The notes: generated from the sequence alone by a model not told the origin. 50,925 bases of DNA from Chamaesiphon sp. (GCA_965246715.1 CBDFFH010000016.1:1-50925); one strand, 5' to 3'. Numbered from the stretch's first letter, positions 1 to 12,256 are shown. Numbers and translations: made by a program.

Positions 1-987
1 GCTACGGCCAGTAACGACCACCGCTTGGGTGCGAATGAAGCTCCGCCTGCGATTATTTCAGTCTACCTGGGTTCGCAATTACAAGATGTATTCGAGCAAA
101 TCAAACAGGGTGCGCTCAAAGGTTCGACCGCTAAAGGCATCATGAATATCGGCGTAGACACCCTACCAAAATTACCAAAAGATGCGGGCGATCGCAACCG
201 GACTTCACCATTTGCGTTTACTGGCAACCGCTTTGAGTTCCGCGCTGTCGGTTCCGGTCAGTCGGTAGCAGGGCCATTGGTGGCTATGAATACGATCCTG
301 GCTGATTCGCTCAACTGGATGGCGGACAAATTAGAAGCTGAGACTGCCAAAGGTACCGAACTGAATGCAGCCATTCAGAACATTCTCAAAGAAGTCATCG
401 ACCAACATGGTGCGGTAGTCTTCAATGGCAACGGGTACTCGGAAGAGTGGCACAAAATGGCGGTCGAAGAACGCGGTTTACGCAACCTGCGGACGACAGC
501 CGATGCTTTGCCCGTACTGCAAGAAAAAGAGATCGTCGAATTGTTCGACCACATGGGTATTCTATCCCCTGTGGAACTTGCCAGTCGGTATGAAACTTAT
601 GCCGAGCAGTACATTCTCTCGATCGAAGTTGAAGCTAAACTGGTCATCAGTATTGCGAAAACGCTGATTTATCCAGCCGCAACTCGCTACTTAACCGACC
701 TCGCGACAACTGTTGCCGGACTCAAGGAAGTCGGGATCGATTTCGATACCGAAACCGCTCAAAAGGTGGCAGATCTGACGAAATCGATGATCGACGCAGC
801 CAGCAAGTTAGCTTCAGCAATGGGCAGTCACGATTTTGACTCCACCGAAGCACACATGCAATATCTGGTGAAAACCGTTCGTCCGATGATGGATGACGTG
901 CGGAAGTATGCCGATGCACTCGAAGCTGAAGTAGCTGACGATCTCTGGCCGTTGCCAACTTATCAAGAAATGCTATTTATCAAATAA
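1..987 (+). CDS. glnN: Glutamine synthetase type III, C-terminal part (5' end lies outside the window)
   Basis: Contains NDHRLGANEAPPAIISVYLG and DRNRTSPFAFTGNRFEFRAVGS; ends LWPLPTYQEMLFIK, typical of GSIII. Confidence 0.95.
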   Translation, partial: ATASNDHRLGANEAPPAIISVYLGSQLQDVFEQIKQGALKGSTAKGIMNIGVDTLPKLPKDAGDRNRTSPFAFTGNRFEFRAVGSGQSVAGPLVAMNTILADSLNWMADKLEAETAKGTELNAAIQNILKEVIDQHGAVVFNGNGYSEEWHKMAVEERGLRNLRTTADALPVLQEKEIVELFDHMGILSPVELASRYETYAEQYILSIEVEAKLVISIAKTLIYPAATRYLTDLATTVAGLKEVGIDFDTETAQKVADLTKSMIDAASKLASAMGSHDFDSTEAHMQYLVKTVRPMMDDVRKYADALEAEVADDLWPLPTYQEMLFIK

Positions 988-1007
988 CATTTCACTCTTT
1001 AGAAGTG

Positions 1008-1036
1008 AGACCGTTCGTTGAGAGCGGTCTTTTTTT
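1008..1036 (+). terminator. Intrinsic terminator after glnN
   Basis: AGACCGTTC-GTTGA-GAGCGGTCT hairpin followed by a T run, about 20 bp after the stop. Confidence 0.8.
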
Positions 1037-1163
1037 ATGCTCGATCGAATTATCATGTTGCTGAAAATCGCGATCGATCGACACCTCCAGAATTTTTGTA
1101 GTCTAAACCACAGATAAACGCTGGACTGGTCGATGCTCTTCGACAAAAATCTGATGGTAGATA

Positions 1164-1398
1164 ACCTGAGTTCGGGATAAGGATTTCCGTTCGTGTAGCG
1201 TACCATCGGTAATCGATGACTCCTAGCTTCATTTCCAGACCGCCCTCAAATGAATTAGTTGCTCATAGCAAAAGTTCGTTTTAACGAACTAACTGATTTG
1301 GCAGTTCTCTTCAGAGAACTTTTGCTGTTAGCCCGAACTTCTAGTTCAGGGCGGTGGTTGAGCGAAGCAGATCGGTTTTCCTTAACCCGAACTCACGT
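1164..1398. mobile_element. MITE-like element, copy 1 (235 bp)
   Basis: Terminal inverted repeats ACCTGAGTTCGGGATAAGGA...TCCTTAACCCGAACTCACGT; TAGATA direct repeat on both sides (1158-1163, 1399-1404); homologous to 21663-21921 and 24505-24741. Confidence 0.85.
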
Positions 1399-1409
1399 TA
1401 GATAGAGTT

Positions 1410-1787
1410 CTAAAGCGTTTCTAAATAACTCAACAGATCCGCCATTTCCTGGGGATTGGGTTGGAACTGGGGCATTGGTGGCGTGTTACCGCTAGTAACT
1501 TGTTCGATCAGACTATGGGGAGACTTGCGTTTGGAGATTTCGTGGAGACTGGGGCCGACTCGTCCACTGGCATCTAGTCCGTGACAACCGCTGCAATTGA
1601 TCTGAAAGATTGCATGTCCGAGGGTAGGATCGCCAGTTTTGGCTAAGACGCTAGTAGTATAAGGATTGGAGTCGCGCAGCGATTGCCAGCCAACGATCGC
1701 ACACAAACAGATCGACAAACAGAGCATGAAGATCGCTGCGAGCTTTGGCCATGATGTATCGCTGAGTTTAGGTAGTCGGATATCCAA
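1410..1787 (-). CDS. cytM: Cytochrome cM (c-type cytochrome)
   Basis: N-terminal hydrophobic helix, CSGCH heme motif, GRVGPSL and TPPMPQFQPNPQEMADLLSYL. Confidence 0.88.
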   Translation of the reverse strand: MDIRLPKLSDTSWPKLAAIFMLCLSICLCAIVGWQSLRDSNPYTTSVLAKTGDPTLGHAIFQINCSGCHGLDASGRVGPSLHEISKRKSPHSLIEQVTSGNTPPMPQFQPNPQEMADLLSYLETL

Positions 1788-2024
1788 GACGTGCCTGCTC
1801 TAAATAGATTTAAATTTAAGAATATAAAAATGCAGATTTGGCACTAATGCTCGTATCCGCATCTATCAGTGTATCTATAAATCTAATAATTAGTGAAACA
1901 TTTCTTAAATATCTTAAGATTTTTCTTCGATTGTAAAGTTTTAGACGGCATCGAGTAGCCCAAAAGTAGACACTCTCCTACCGCCTACTTTTTGTCGATC
2001 GTCGACACTATGTCGTACAAATTA

Positions 2025-3119
2025 TTAGAGGTTTACTTGCTCTAGTCTGGATGTCGCCAATCGAGCGAGCCAACCGCTAAAGTAGGCAGAATTTGCCTTC
2101 TGTTCGGCGGGAACTTGAGTACCGACAGGATGCGGTGCGAGTCCGAATATGGCAGCAGAAGTCACACAAAACATTGATTTTTGGAAACTCTGACAGATTT
2201 TCACCCGCAGATCCATTTCGCCTCTGGGAGTATTGAGATAACGTTTGTACAAATAATCGGGTAGATAGTGCCGCATATCTTGCATCAACTGAGTCGGCGG
2301 AATCCCCGCACCGCCGATCGGGACTGGATCGGCATATAGTGCGCCATACGTAAATTCCGATAGATCGTAGGGGATTTGATGTGCCTGAGCGTTAAAAGAT
2401 ACCGTCCCTGGAAATGGCGTACCACGAAAGAAGACTGCCTCGACATAAGGCACCGCAGTATCCATGAGGAAAGTTAAATTAGCCGCAGCCGGGATGATAT
2501 CGTAGAATTTACCCTTAATTTTTACGCCATAGGTAATCGGCAGACCCGCCGCCGCAACTAATGCCGATTGTATATGTTCGACAACTTGCGGAATCGTTTC
2601 AATTTTACCCTCATCGAATCGATCGCTCAATGTAATAAACATATCGCTCATCACCCGCCAAAACTGCCCCAGGGCACTGTAATAAGCAAGTTGGCGAACC
2701 TGTTCGTATAAGAAATCACCAGACAGCCGATCGAGTCCGCGCACAAATAAATGCGATTTAGTCTTGGCATCGATCGCCTGACGCGCTAATGCTAGAAACT
2801 CGGGCGAATCTAAATATTTGTCCATTCCGCCGCCCCCATGCCACATCATCGTGCGCATACAGTATTCAGCGTATTCAAAATTGATGCGATCGTGCCACCA
2901 ATGTTTTAAGATTTTGGGGAAAGAAACTTCACCATTAAAGTATTTAAAAAAGGGAAATAATACTAGAAATTGCTCGTCGGCAATATAAATTAGATTATTA
3001 GAATAAGCATTTAAAACATCCCCATAACTCTTGAGAATCCCGACAACTTCTTCTACGTTGTCGGGGTTATCTGGTAGCAGCGGCACGCCATTCATCAATC
3101 GATCGAGATAATTAGACAT
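2025..3119 (-). CDS. cupB: CO2 hydration protein CupB/ChpX
   Basis: EVVGILKSYG, HWWHDRINFEYAEYC and GAGIPPTQLMQDMRHYLP; 364 aa, shorter than CupA; follows ndhF4/ndhD4 with no cupS. Confidence 0.9.
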   Translation of the reverse strand: MSNYLDRLMNGVPLLPDNPDNVEEVVGILKSYGDVLNAYSNNLIYIADEQFLVLFPFFKYFNGEVSFPKILKHWWHDRINFEYAEYCMRTMMWHGGGGMDKYLDSPEFLALARQAIDAKTKSHLFVRGLDRLSGDFLYEQVRQLAYYSALGQFWRVMSDMFITLSDRFDEGKIETIPQVVEHIQSALVAAAGLPITYGVKIKGKFYDIIPAAANLTFLMDTAVPYVEAVFFRGTPFPGTVSFNAQAHQIPYDLSEFTYGALYADPVPIGGAGIPPTQLMQDMRHYLPDYLYKRYLNTPRGEMDLRVKICQSFQKSMFCVTSAAIFGLAPHPVGTQVPAEQKANSAYFSGWLARLATSRLEQVNL

Positions 3120-3186
3120 GTAAATAAATTATGAATTATGAATATTAACGGGGTGCCCGAGCGGGCAGAGTGGCTTCTAGATGCCG

Positions 3187-4686
3187 CTAACCCTTCTCTC
3201 CTACCTCAGCAATAACCGTCGTCGGCGCACTCATCGTCGCGATCGTGGTTTCACTCCAACGCAGTACCCAGTTAGGTTGCAACCCAAAAACGACGATCGC
3301 TAGCGCTAAAATCAATCCGGGGATGCGTTCGCTCCAGAGAATAATCGGTAATACGCGCGTCTCTGGATCGGGACTAACCTTTGCTTGAGTAGTCAGCCGT
3401 CCGAAAAAGGCGCGATTGACGAGTAACAAGAAATAAACGGCGGTCAAACCGGTACCGACCATACAGAGTAACGTTTGGGTTGGGAAGACGGGGAAGCTGC
3501 CACGAAAGACGATAAATTCAGAGATAAAACCCATCATTCCCGGCATTCCCGCACTCGCCATGACACCGAGGATCGTGAGTGTGCCAATGATTGGCAAACC
3601 GCGCTCGGGATTGAGCAAACCACTGAGGATATTTAAATCTCGTGTGCCAGTTTTCTTGTAGACGACACCAACGCAGAGGAATAATAAGGCCGAAATTAAG
3701 CCGTGACTGACCATTTGAAACACGGTACCCAAAATGCTCAGCGGAGTCGCCGCCGCACAGGCGAGTAAAATAAAGCCCATATGCCCGATCGAACTATATG
3801 CGACCATCTTTTTCATGTCATTTTGGGCGATCGCGATTGCTGAGCCATAGATCGTACTCAATACCGCCCACCATGCCAACCAAGGGGCGAATACCGCCCA
3901 AGCATCGGGAAATAGTCCCAGGCCAAATCGGACTAAACCATAAGTTCCCAGCTTCAATAATACTCCAGCTAGCAATACTGAGATCGGTGTCGAAGCCTCG
4001 ACGTGAGCGTCAGGGAGCCAAGTGTGGAATGGTACTAATGGGACTTTGATGCCAAAGCCAATCACGATCGCCCCTAACAAAATTAACTGCTGTGCCAAGG
4101 GTAGCGTATGACCGAGCAGCGGCACATAATTAAAACTCGTGGAGCCAGTCAACCACGTCAGCCCGAGGAAGGCACCAAGGATGAATACACCCGATAGCGC
4201 CGTATAAATCAAAAATTTCGTAGCTGCGTAACCGCTTCTTTCGCCGCCCCAGATCGCAATCAGCAGATACAGCGGGATTAATTCTAGCTCGTAAAAGATA
4301 AAAAACAGTAGTAAATTATCTGCTAAAAACGCCCCAGCTACGCCCATGTACAAGACTAATAGCAAGACATAATAAAAGCGCGGGCGTTGAATTTTATCGT
4401 CGCTAATATAGATCGCGATCGCCGTTAATAAACTATTCATTACGATTAACGGCAAAGACAAACCATCTAGACTCAACCGATAGGTCAAACCTAAAGATTC
4501 GATCCACGGCAAAAACTCCTGAAATTGGGGGGTGACACTACTCGGCTCGAATTGCCACAGTAGGAACAACGACCAGCCCAAAGCCAATCCCGCTACTAAT
4601 AACGCGATCGATCTCGACCAGACCGCAGGTACCACCCAAATTAATATCGCCCCAACTAAGGGCAGCACAATCAATACACTCAGCAT
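3187..4686 (-). CDS. ndhD4: NDH-1 subunit D4 (NuoM family)
   Basis: Polytopic membrane protein with PFHTWLPDAHVEA and LLKLGTYG; lies between ndhF4 and cupB. Confidence 0.9.
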   Translation of the reverse strand: MLSVLIVLPLVGAILIWVVPAVWSRSIALLVAGLALGWSLFLLWQFEPSSVTPQFQEFLPWIESLGLTYRLSLDGLSLPLIVMNSLLTAIAIYISDDKIQRPRFYYVLLLVLYMGVAGAFLADNLLLFFIFYELELIPLYLLIAIWGGERSGYAATKFLIYTALSGVFILGAFLGLTWLTGSTSFNYVPLLGHTLPLAQQLILLGAIVIGFGIKVPLVPFHTWLPDAHVEASTPISVLLAGVLLKLGTYGLVRFGLGLFPDAWAVFAPWLAWWAVLSTIYGSAIAIAQNDMKKMVAYSSIGHMGFILLACAAATPLSILGTVFQMVSHGLISALLFLCVGVVYKKTGTRDLNILSGLLNPERGLPIIGTLTILGVMASAGMPGMMGFISEFIVFRGSFPVFPTQTLLCMVGTGLTAVYFLLLVNRAFFGRLTTQAKVSPDPETRVLPIILWSERIPGLILALAIVVFGLQPNWVLRWSETTIATMSAPTTVIAEVGEKG

Positions 4687-4829
4687 CTTACTTCATCCAC
4701 TTCTGCTATAAACCGCCATTTTGACTCACGCGCCACTTGCTACATTCACGATTTATGAATGTCGTTTTTTCAGCCTCACTCATCCGAATGCTAGGCACAA
4801 ATTCAGTCCGCCAATGTCGAACACCACCT

Positions 4830-6677
4830 TTACCACAAAGACCACATCAGCGCGATCCCGATCGATACAACACTCATAACGATCGTCAGCATGTAAGACT
4901 GAGATTGTCCGGAAACACTATATTTCAAGCTCTCGCCAGCAAATAGCGAGGCAAACCCCACCATATTCACCAGTCCATCGACGATATAGCGATCGATCCA
5001 CGCACTCACTCGCGACAAACCTGCCACAGCGGCAACTACCGTAAATTTGTAGAATTGGAAGACATAAAAATCCTGAGCTAATAACTCCTGCAACCACCGA
5101 TAGACTCGATCGAGCGAACGCCGATCCACCCGTTCGAGCGGAATCAGTCCACCCACGAGAAAACCGATCGCTCCCGATCCCACTAGCGCCACCGCTGCCC
5201 CCCGATTTAACAGTTCCCAGTCCGGTAATACTTCTACCTGAAGCATCATCAACGGCACGAGCAGGGTAATGATTGTCAGCGAGATCGTCGGTACCGCCAT
5301 CGCCCAGCCGACTTCTGGCGCGCGCCGCGTCTTCTGACGGGATTCACCCAAAAAGGTCAGGCGAAATACTCTAATTAAATTCAGCGCATTGAGTCCATTG
5401 ACCACCAAAATTGTCGCGACCAACCACGGCTGGTCGTACCAAAATACGTCCATCCCATTGAGTAGCGCCCAGAACCCGCCCAAAGGTAGGAATCCGACTA
5501 AACCAGCACTACCGACCACAAAAGCGATTGTGGTTGCTGGCATCTTCCGTCCGAGTCCACCGAGTTCGGTGAGATTTTGACAATTGGTAGTCAAGCTCAC
5601 CGCACTCGAACTCATAAATAACAATGCTTTGGCAACGCCATGAGCGAACAATACCATCAAGGCAAAGCTCGTCCACTGCATTCCCACTGCAATAAATACA
5701 AACCCCAGATACGCGCTGGTAGAATGCGCTAGAGCGCGTTTGACATCGATTTGGGCGATCGATACCAACGAAGCCCCGATCGCAGTGAGCGTGCCCAGAA
5801 ATACCAGGACAGCCGACGCGATCGGCGACAGGATCAAGATCGGCTGAAGCTTAATCAAGACATAAGCCCCCGACCCGACTACTACCGAATTTCGCAAAAT
5901 CGATGCTGGCCCTGGCCCTTCCATCGCTTCGTCCAGCCATAAATGCAGGGGAAACTGAGCGCATTTACCCGTTGGCCCCGCAATTAGCGCCAATCCCAAT
6001 AGCGTCGAGACTAGGGGCGAAAGTTGCGCCGTCTCCGTCCACTCATACAAGTCAGGAAAATTTAGACTGCCAGCATAAACCGATAGCGATAACATCCCCA
6101 TCAATAACAAGACATCACCCACCCGTTTGGTCAGGAAGGCATCTCGTGCTGCTGTTACGACCAAAGGTTGTGCGTACCAAAATCCCACCAACATATAAGT
6201 AGATAAGGTTAATAATTCTAGGAGCGCATAAGTTAGAAACAACGAATCACTAATCGCCAATCCACTTAAAGCCGCTTCAAAAAAGCCGATCAGCGCAAAA
6301 AACCTCGCCAATGCCCAATCTTTTTCTAAATATCCTAGGGCGTATAATTGAGCTAATAAACTCATGATGGTAACTATTCCCATCGCGCCCACCGTAATCT
6401 CCGAAATTTTGACGGCAAAAGTCAGATCGAGATCGGCAACCGATAACCAGTGAAACAAATATTCCTGAGTATCCTGTCCGAGCGTACTTTGAAACGCTAA
6501 GCCCCCATGAATCATGGCAGCTACCGTCATCAAGATATTGAAATAAGCCGCTGGACGCGGCCCGCTGCGATGTACGACCCCGATCGACCACGGTAGCGTG
6601 ACGATCGCACCGATAAGTCCATATAAGGGAATCCAGCAACTAGTCTCAAGCAGAAATTGGTTTACGGGTACGACCAT
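4830..6677 (-). CDS. ndhF4: NDH-1 subunit F4 (NuoL family)
   Basis: GPRPAAYFN and KCAQFPLHLWLDEAMEGP; first gene of the CO2-uptake operon. Confidence 0.9.
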   Translation of the reverse strand: MVVPVNQFLLETSCWIPLYGLIGAIVTLPWSIGVVHRSGPRPAAYFNILMTVAAMIHGGLAFQSTLGQDTQEYLFHWLSVADLDLTFAVKISEITVGAMGIVTIMSLLAQLYALGYLEKDWALARFFALIGFFEAALSGLAISDSLFLTYALLELLTLSTYMLVGFWYAQPLVVTAARDAFLTKRVGDVLLLMGMLSLSVYAGSLNFPDLYEWTETAQLSPLVSTLLGLALIAGPTGKCAQFPLHLWLDEAMEGPGPASILRNSVVVGSGAYVLIKLQPILILSPIASAVLVFLGTLTAIGASLVSIAQIDVKRALAHSTSAYLGFVFIAVGMQWTSFALMVLFAHGVAKALLFMSSSAVSLTTNCQNLTELGGLGRKMPATTIAFVVGSAGLVGFLPLGGFWALLNGMDVFWYDQPWLVATILVVNGLNALNLIRVFRLTFLGESRQKTRRAPEVGWAMAVPTISLTIITLLVPLMMLQVEVLPDWELLNRGAAVALVGSGAIGFLVGGLIPLERVDRRSLDRVYRWLQELLAQDFYVFQFYKFTVVAAVAGLSRVSAWIDRYIVDGLVNMVGFASLFAGESLKYSVSGQSQSYMLTIVMSVVSIGIALMWSLW

Positions 6678-7450
6678 CGATTGAATTATTAAATTGGTGA
6701 GCGATCGGGTTGACGCAACAAAGCGTTCGACCCCAGACCGATTGAATTATAAAGTAGTATATAAAATAGCCAGACAAATAAAAATTGACTTTTTAAACGA
6801 GCAAAGATCCCCGATTCCCAAACGCAGGCTAGTTAATAGACCTATTCTTACTTAGCATACGTCTAAAAACTGAGAAAAGAAAATACTCGATTCTTGTAAT
6901 TAGACAATGCGATCGATAACATTTGCATATACAACAGCAGCATTACAAGGCGTTACATAAATATATGCTAATCACAAGTATATATTAATTTCTCAGCCGA
7001 TCGATCCCTAGCGATCGATCCGGGGATCGCAGGGTGGGATTCAACCGTCGATCGATCGCCACTCCACACGCATTTCCTGCGATCGCGACTGTTGGTAGCG
7101 GGTTCGATTGGCGATTAATTCCGGACGATGCGATCGAAAAATATCGCACTGTTACGACTTTTTCCCGATATTGTTCGAGTGTCATGGCGAGTTCGATCGC
7201 ATGTCTTTGAGCCATGCCGACCGCACTTTTTGCTCGTCGGATCGATCGATCGAAACAAAGCTAGTAATCATGACGAGCGCCGCATCATTACTTAGCTATT
7301 TAATAGCTCCTCAAGTTAATTCAATCACTTTCACGAACAGCACAACCGCTGAAACTACGTGTATATTTCTGAGACAAACATCTTGCACCAGCCGCCCTAA
7401 ACCGATACTCTAGAAGAACTTATCTCAACTTATTTTGGAGTATCAACCTC

Positions 7451-7564
7451 GTGGTAGAACCTTTATTGTCAGGAATTGTCCTCGGTCTCATTGTGGTTAC
7501 GCTCAGTGGCTTATTTGTAGCTGCTTACCTACAGTACAAGCGTGGCGACCAACTCGGTCTGTAG
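7451..7564 (+). CDS. petG: Cytochrome b6f subunit V (37 aa; absent from the ORF track)
   Basis: GTG start after GGAG; translates to [37 protein letters not shown]. Confidence 0.96.
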   Translation: MVEPLLSGIVLGLIVVTLSGLFVAAYLQYKRGDQLGL

Positions 7565-7623
7565 TTTTTTAGGGGTTAGAAACTAGTAACTAGTGTGGAT
7601 AGTTTCTATCGCTCTAAGAGATC

Positions 7624-8184
7624 TCAACTGGATTCTCTGAGGCGATAGAACGAAATTGCTGTATTTCCATAGCTTTTGTGACGACAGAGTTCGAGGGTCG
7701 TCAACACTGCTGGTAACGTACTTATTGACGGATCGGGACTGTGTTCTACCGCCAGCTCACCACCTAGATCTAATAGCTCCAAGCGATCGATCTCACTCAA
7801 TACGGACTCGTAGAGATTGCCAGCATATGGCGGATCGAAATAAATGCGATCGAATTTTTGTCCAGCGAGCAAAGTAATTTTTTGGATGACATCGCCGCGT
7901 AATAGTTGAAATGTCTGGGTTGAATCCGCCACCTTTTCCCAGTTTTGCCAAATCAGATCGCAGGCTGCAGTCGATCGCTCGATGCCGACTACTAGCCTAG
8001 CGCCGCGACATAAAGCTTCCGCGCCCATTGCCCCGCTACCGCTACACAGATCCAACCAGCAACAATTATCGATCGCGCCTTGCCAGATATTAAATAATGC
8101 CTGCCGCACCCGCGACGGTGTCGGTCTGGTGGCTAATCCTGGTAACGTCTTTAACTCCCGATTGCCATAAATTCTAATACTCAT
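7624..8184 (-). CDS. rsmD: 16S rRNA m2G966 methyltransferase
   Basis: TRPTPSRVRQALFNIW, SAM motif LDLCSGSGAMG and DPPY. Confidence 0.92.
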   Translation of the reverse strand: MSIRIYGNRELKTLPGLATRPTPSRVRQALFNIWQGAIDNCCWLDLCSGSGAMGAEALCRGARLVVGIERSTAACDLIWQNWEKVADSTQTFQLLRGDVIQKITLLAGQKFDRIYFDPPYAGNLYESVLSEIDRLELLDLGGELAVEHSPDPSISTLPAVLTTLELCRHKSYGNTAISFYRLRESS

Positions 8185-8221
8185 TACTTACTAACTTTCA
8201 CTAGCTGCTAGCTCCTACCCC

Positions 8222-9247
8222 CTAAATATTAATTTGCTTAAAATGACTGCGTGGATTTGAGGTACGCGTAGTGCGAATTTTTTCGTAGAGTTCGCGTTCG
8301 GCATCTGTAATATTTTTAGGGGTAGCAATGACGATCTTGGCTAGTTGGTCGCCGCGTTCGCCGCGCGGATTTGCCCAACCCTTACCGCGCAGTCGCAGAG
8401 ATTGACCGGAACGCACCCCAGCAGGGACATTAACCGTCACCATACCATCAGGGGTCGGAATCTCGATTTGGGCACCGAGAACAGCCTCGTCGGGGGTAAT
8501 GGGGACTTCACAGGTAAGTTGTTCGCCATCGAGGGTAAAGAAGGGATGCGGTTGCAATTCGACAGTCAGATACAAGTCACCTCGCTGCTTGTTGTAGGTA
8601 TTGATATGCCCTTTACCACGCACGCGAATTCTGCTGCCAGCTTTAGCCCCACCTGGAATTCGGACTTTGACAATTTCATTGCCCAAATTAAAGCTTTTTT
8701 GAACGCCTTTAAAGGCTTCGGTGAGGGATAAACTGATACTTGCCTCACGATCGCCGCCCATATTACTAGCACCTGTCGTACTAGTATTGGTGGTAAAATT
8801 CTCAGCTCCAGTACTAGTGCTGGTCGAGCGCGCATTCGCCGTCTTTTGACTAGCCGGATTTGGATTGCTAGAGTTATTAAATCTACCTAAAAGTTCGTTG
8901 ACAAAATCATCGAAATTATTATATTGACCGAAATCAACCCCATTAAAATCACTAGCCTGATTATTGGGAGTTGGATTTGGAGTCGATCTAGTGTTAGCTC
9001 TGGGTTGTTCGGATTGTTTCCAGTATTGACCGAATCGATCGTATTGGTTGCGTTTTTCGACATCCGAGAGTACTTCATTTGCCTCAGTAATTTCTTTGAA
9101 TTTTGCTTCAGCAGTTTTATCTCCCGGATTGAGATCGGGATGATATTTGCGAGCCAGTCGACGATAGGCTTTTTTGATATCATCGGCGCTGGCGTTCTTG
9201 TTTACCCCCAAGAGCACATAGTAGTCTCGAAAATTTGTCGCTGCCAT
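8222..9247 (-). CDS. Type II DnaJ-class co-chaperone (CbpA-like)
   Basis: J domain with HPD (KYHPDLN); no Cys zinc finger; DnaJ C-terminal domain (LRLRGKGW). Confidence 0.9.
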   Translation of the reverse strand: MAATNFRDYYVLLGVNKNASADDIKKAYRRLARKYHPDLNPGDKTAEAKFKEITEANEVLSDVEKRNQYDRFGQYWKQSEQPRANTRSTPNPTPNNQASDFNGVDFGQYNNFDDFVNELLGRFNNSSNPNPASQKTANARSTSTSTGAENFTTNTSTTGASNMGGDREASISLSLTEAFKGVQKSFNLGNEIVKVRIPGGAKAGSRIRVRGKGHINTYNKQRGDLYLTVELQPHPFFTLDGEQLTCEVPITPDEAVLGAQIEIPTPDGMVTVNVPAGVRSGQSLRLRGKGWANPRGERGDQLAKIVIATPKNITDAERELYEKIRTTRTSNPRSHFKQINI

Positions 9248-9755
9248 ATTTCAGTTAGTGGCTAGATAGTGGATAGCGTTCGGCGTTTCTCCTGTCGGGG
9301 AGACTACGCCAACGTCGTTCTTGGATGTTCCCGTCAAGGGGAACCCGATGCAAACAGCGGAACAAGAAAGTGGCTAGTAGCTAGTTTTTTACAGAGGAGC
9401 GGTTGTTGGTGTTTAATCTCTATTATTCCCTTGTTATCTGTAAAGTTTATCGATAGTGACTTTTTTGGGCATTTTTCGATCGAACCGATCGTCAGACAAC
9501 AATCAAAGTTACGATCGATCCTCTTAGACTAGATTTCGATCGAGGTCGGTAGGATTTATGCGATGCATAAGTATAGAGCACTCACTGAAAAATAGGCAGC
9601 TATGATTAATTTAACAAGATCGAGCCACAAGTTTCCTGCTGGTATAGCCATTTTAGATGACAAGCGAGCTGCAACTGGCAAAAAACCCCAAGAATCAGGC
9701 TCTCTTGGGGTTAAGGGTAATTAGTTAGCTAAAAAATTACGAATTACCCGCTCCC

Positions 9756-10772
<1,017 letters not shown>

Positions 10773-10940
10773 TTATTATCAGTAGATCGCAGTAGCCACT
10801 GATTATAGATTCTTTGGGCTAATACAGTAGGCGAAAATTAAGGATTGTAAATGTTCGTACAGGCTTGGCGACCAGCTGGCTTAGTGAACTTTTTAGATCG
10901 ATCGTCAGTCTAAAAAATTGTCACACTCGATCGAATTTAT

Positions 10941-11405
10941 ATGTTTTGGTTTCGGATGACTGCGTTTGTGTCGATTTTACTATCGATCGCTACCACAATT
11001 TCTCCCATCCGCGCGGAGATCGCGGGCGCTCAAAATAATCCTGCTGTGAATGGAGAATTTAAAGTTCCAGCGGGTGGCGTGGGTAAATTAGTAAAAGAAC
11101 TCAATCTTTCTCAAGAGCAAATCAACCGACTTCAACAACTGCGGACTGCGTCTAATAGCAAAACTAAAGAACGCCGTCAAGCATTGCGAACTGCTAAACA
11201 AGAGCTTTCACAACTACTGCAAGGGAATGCTAGCTCCGACCAAATTCGCCAAAAACGCCAACAGGTGCAATCTTTACAACGGGAAGTCTCCGATACCAAC
11301 TTTGAAAATACGCTCGCTATCCGTGAGATCCTCACTCCCGACCAACGGGTCAAGTTACAGCAGATAATGCAACAACGTCGCCAAAATCGGGGTAAGTTAA
11401 ATTAG
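10941..11405 (+). CDS. Spy/CpxP-family periplasmic protein
   Basis: Signal peptide; LNLSQEQ and ILTPDQR (LTXXQ-type motifs). Confidence 0.8.
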   Translation: MFWFRMTAFVSILLSIATTISPIRAEIAGAQNNPAVNGEFKVPAGGVGKLVKELNLSQEQINRLQQLRTASNSKTKERRQALRTAKQELSQLLQGNASSDQIRQKRQQVQSLQREVSDTNFENTLAIREILTPDQRVKLQQIMQQRRQNRGKLN

Positions 11406-11493
11406 TGGATAGTTACTGGGGAACAAGGGAGCGGCGATTTATTCGATTCATGATCTTGTCTTCTCAATTTATAATTCGTAATGCATAATTTTC

Positions 11494-12114
11494 ATGCATA
11501 TTTACTTACACGGTTTTGCCTCTGGGCCTGGATCGACTAAGGCTCAGGAATTAAAATCGCGGTGCGATCGAGCGGGGATCGATTTAGTAGTTCCCGACCT
11601 CAATCAGGGCGATTTTACTCATTTGACGATCTCGCGACAAATTGCCCAAGTTGTCGATTTATTTCCTCAAGATAGAACACCAATTACCTTAATTGGTGCG
11701 AGTTTAGGGGGATGGACTGCGGCAATTATCGCCCGGGATTATCCCCAAGTAGAACGGCTGATTTTATTAGCGCCTGCGTTCGATTTCCTGCATCATTGGC
11801 TCCCAAAAATTGGTGACGATCGATTAAAATCTTGGGAAAACAATGGCTACCTACCAATCTATCATCATGCCGCACAAAATTTATTACCCCTACATTACGA
11901 TTTCATTACTGACGCTCGTCAATATCATCTTTTTACGAGCGGTCGCATCATTCCCACTGTAATAATTCATGGCATCCACGATGATGTGATTCCGATCTCA
12001 TCGAGTCGTGATTTCGTCACCAAACATCCTTGGGTCGAACTTATCGAAGTAAATAGCGACCATGCACTTGTCGATTGTATCGAACTAACTTGGCAAAAAG
12101 TGTGTTGTACTTAG
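11494..12114 (+). CDS. YqiA-like alpha/beta hydrolase (esterase)
   Basis: YLHGFASGP, nucleophile motif GASLGG, HGIHDDVIP and SDH. Confidence 0.85.
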   Translation: MHIYLHGFASGPGSTKAQELKSRCDRAGIDLVVPDLNQGDFTHLTISRQIAQVVDLFPQDRTPITLIGASLGGWTAAIIARDYPQVERLILLAPAFDFLHHWLPKIGDDRLKSWENNGYLPIYHHAAQNLLPLHYDFITDARQYHLFTSGRIIPTVIIHGIHDDVIPISSSRDFVTKHPWVELIEVNSDHALVDCIELTWQKVCCT

Positions 12115-12256
12115 CAAATTTAATTACGATTGAGATCGTGAAGCTTATCTCTAGTAAGATCTGACTTTTCGATCGCCTCTGAGTCTCGAAGTAACATTGA
12201 CACATTCAAGACGGCTACAGTAAGATAGTAAGCAATCTTGCAATTAATTACATTGC

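Noticed and set aside
2025..6677. Inducible ndhF3-ndhD3-cupA system
   Set aside because: The Cup protein is short and CupB-like, and no cupS follows.
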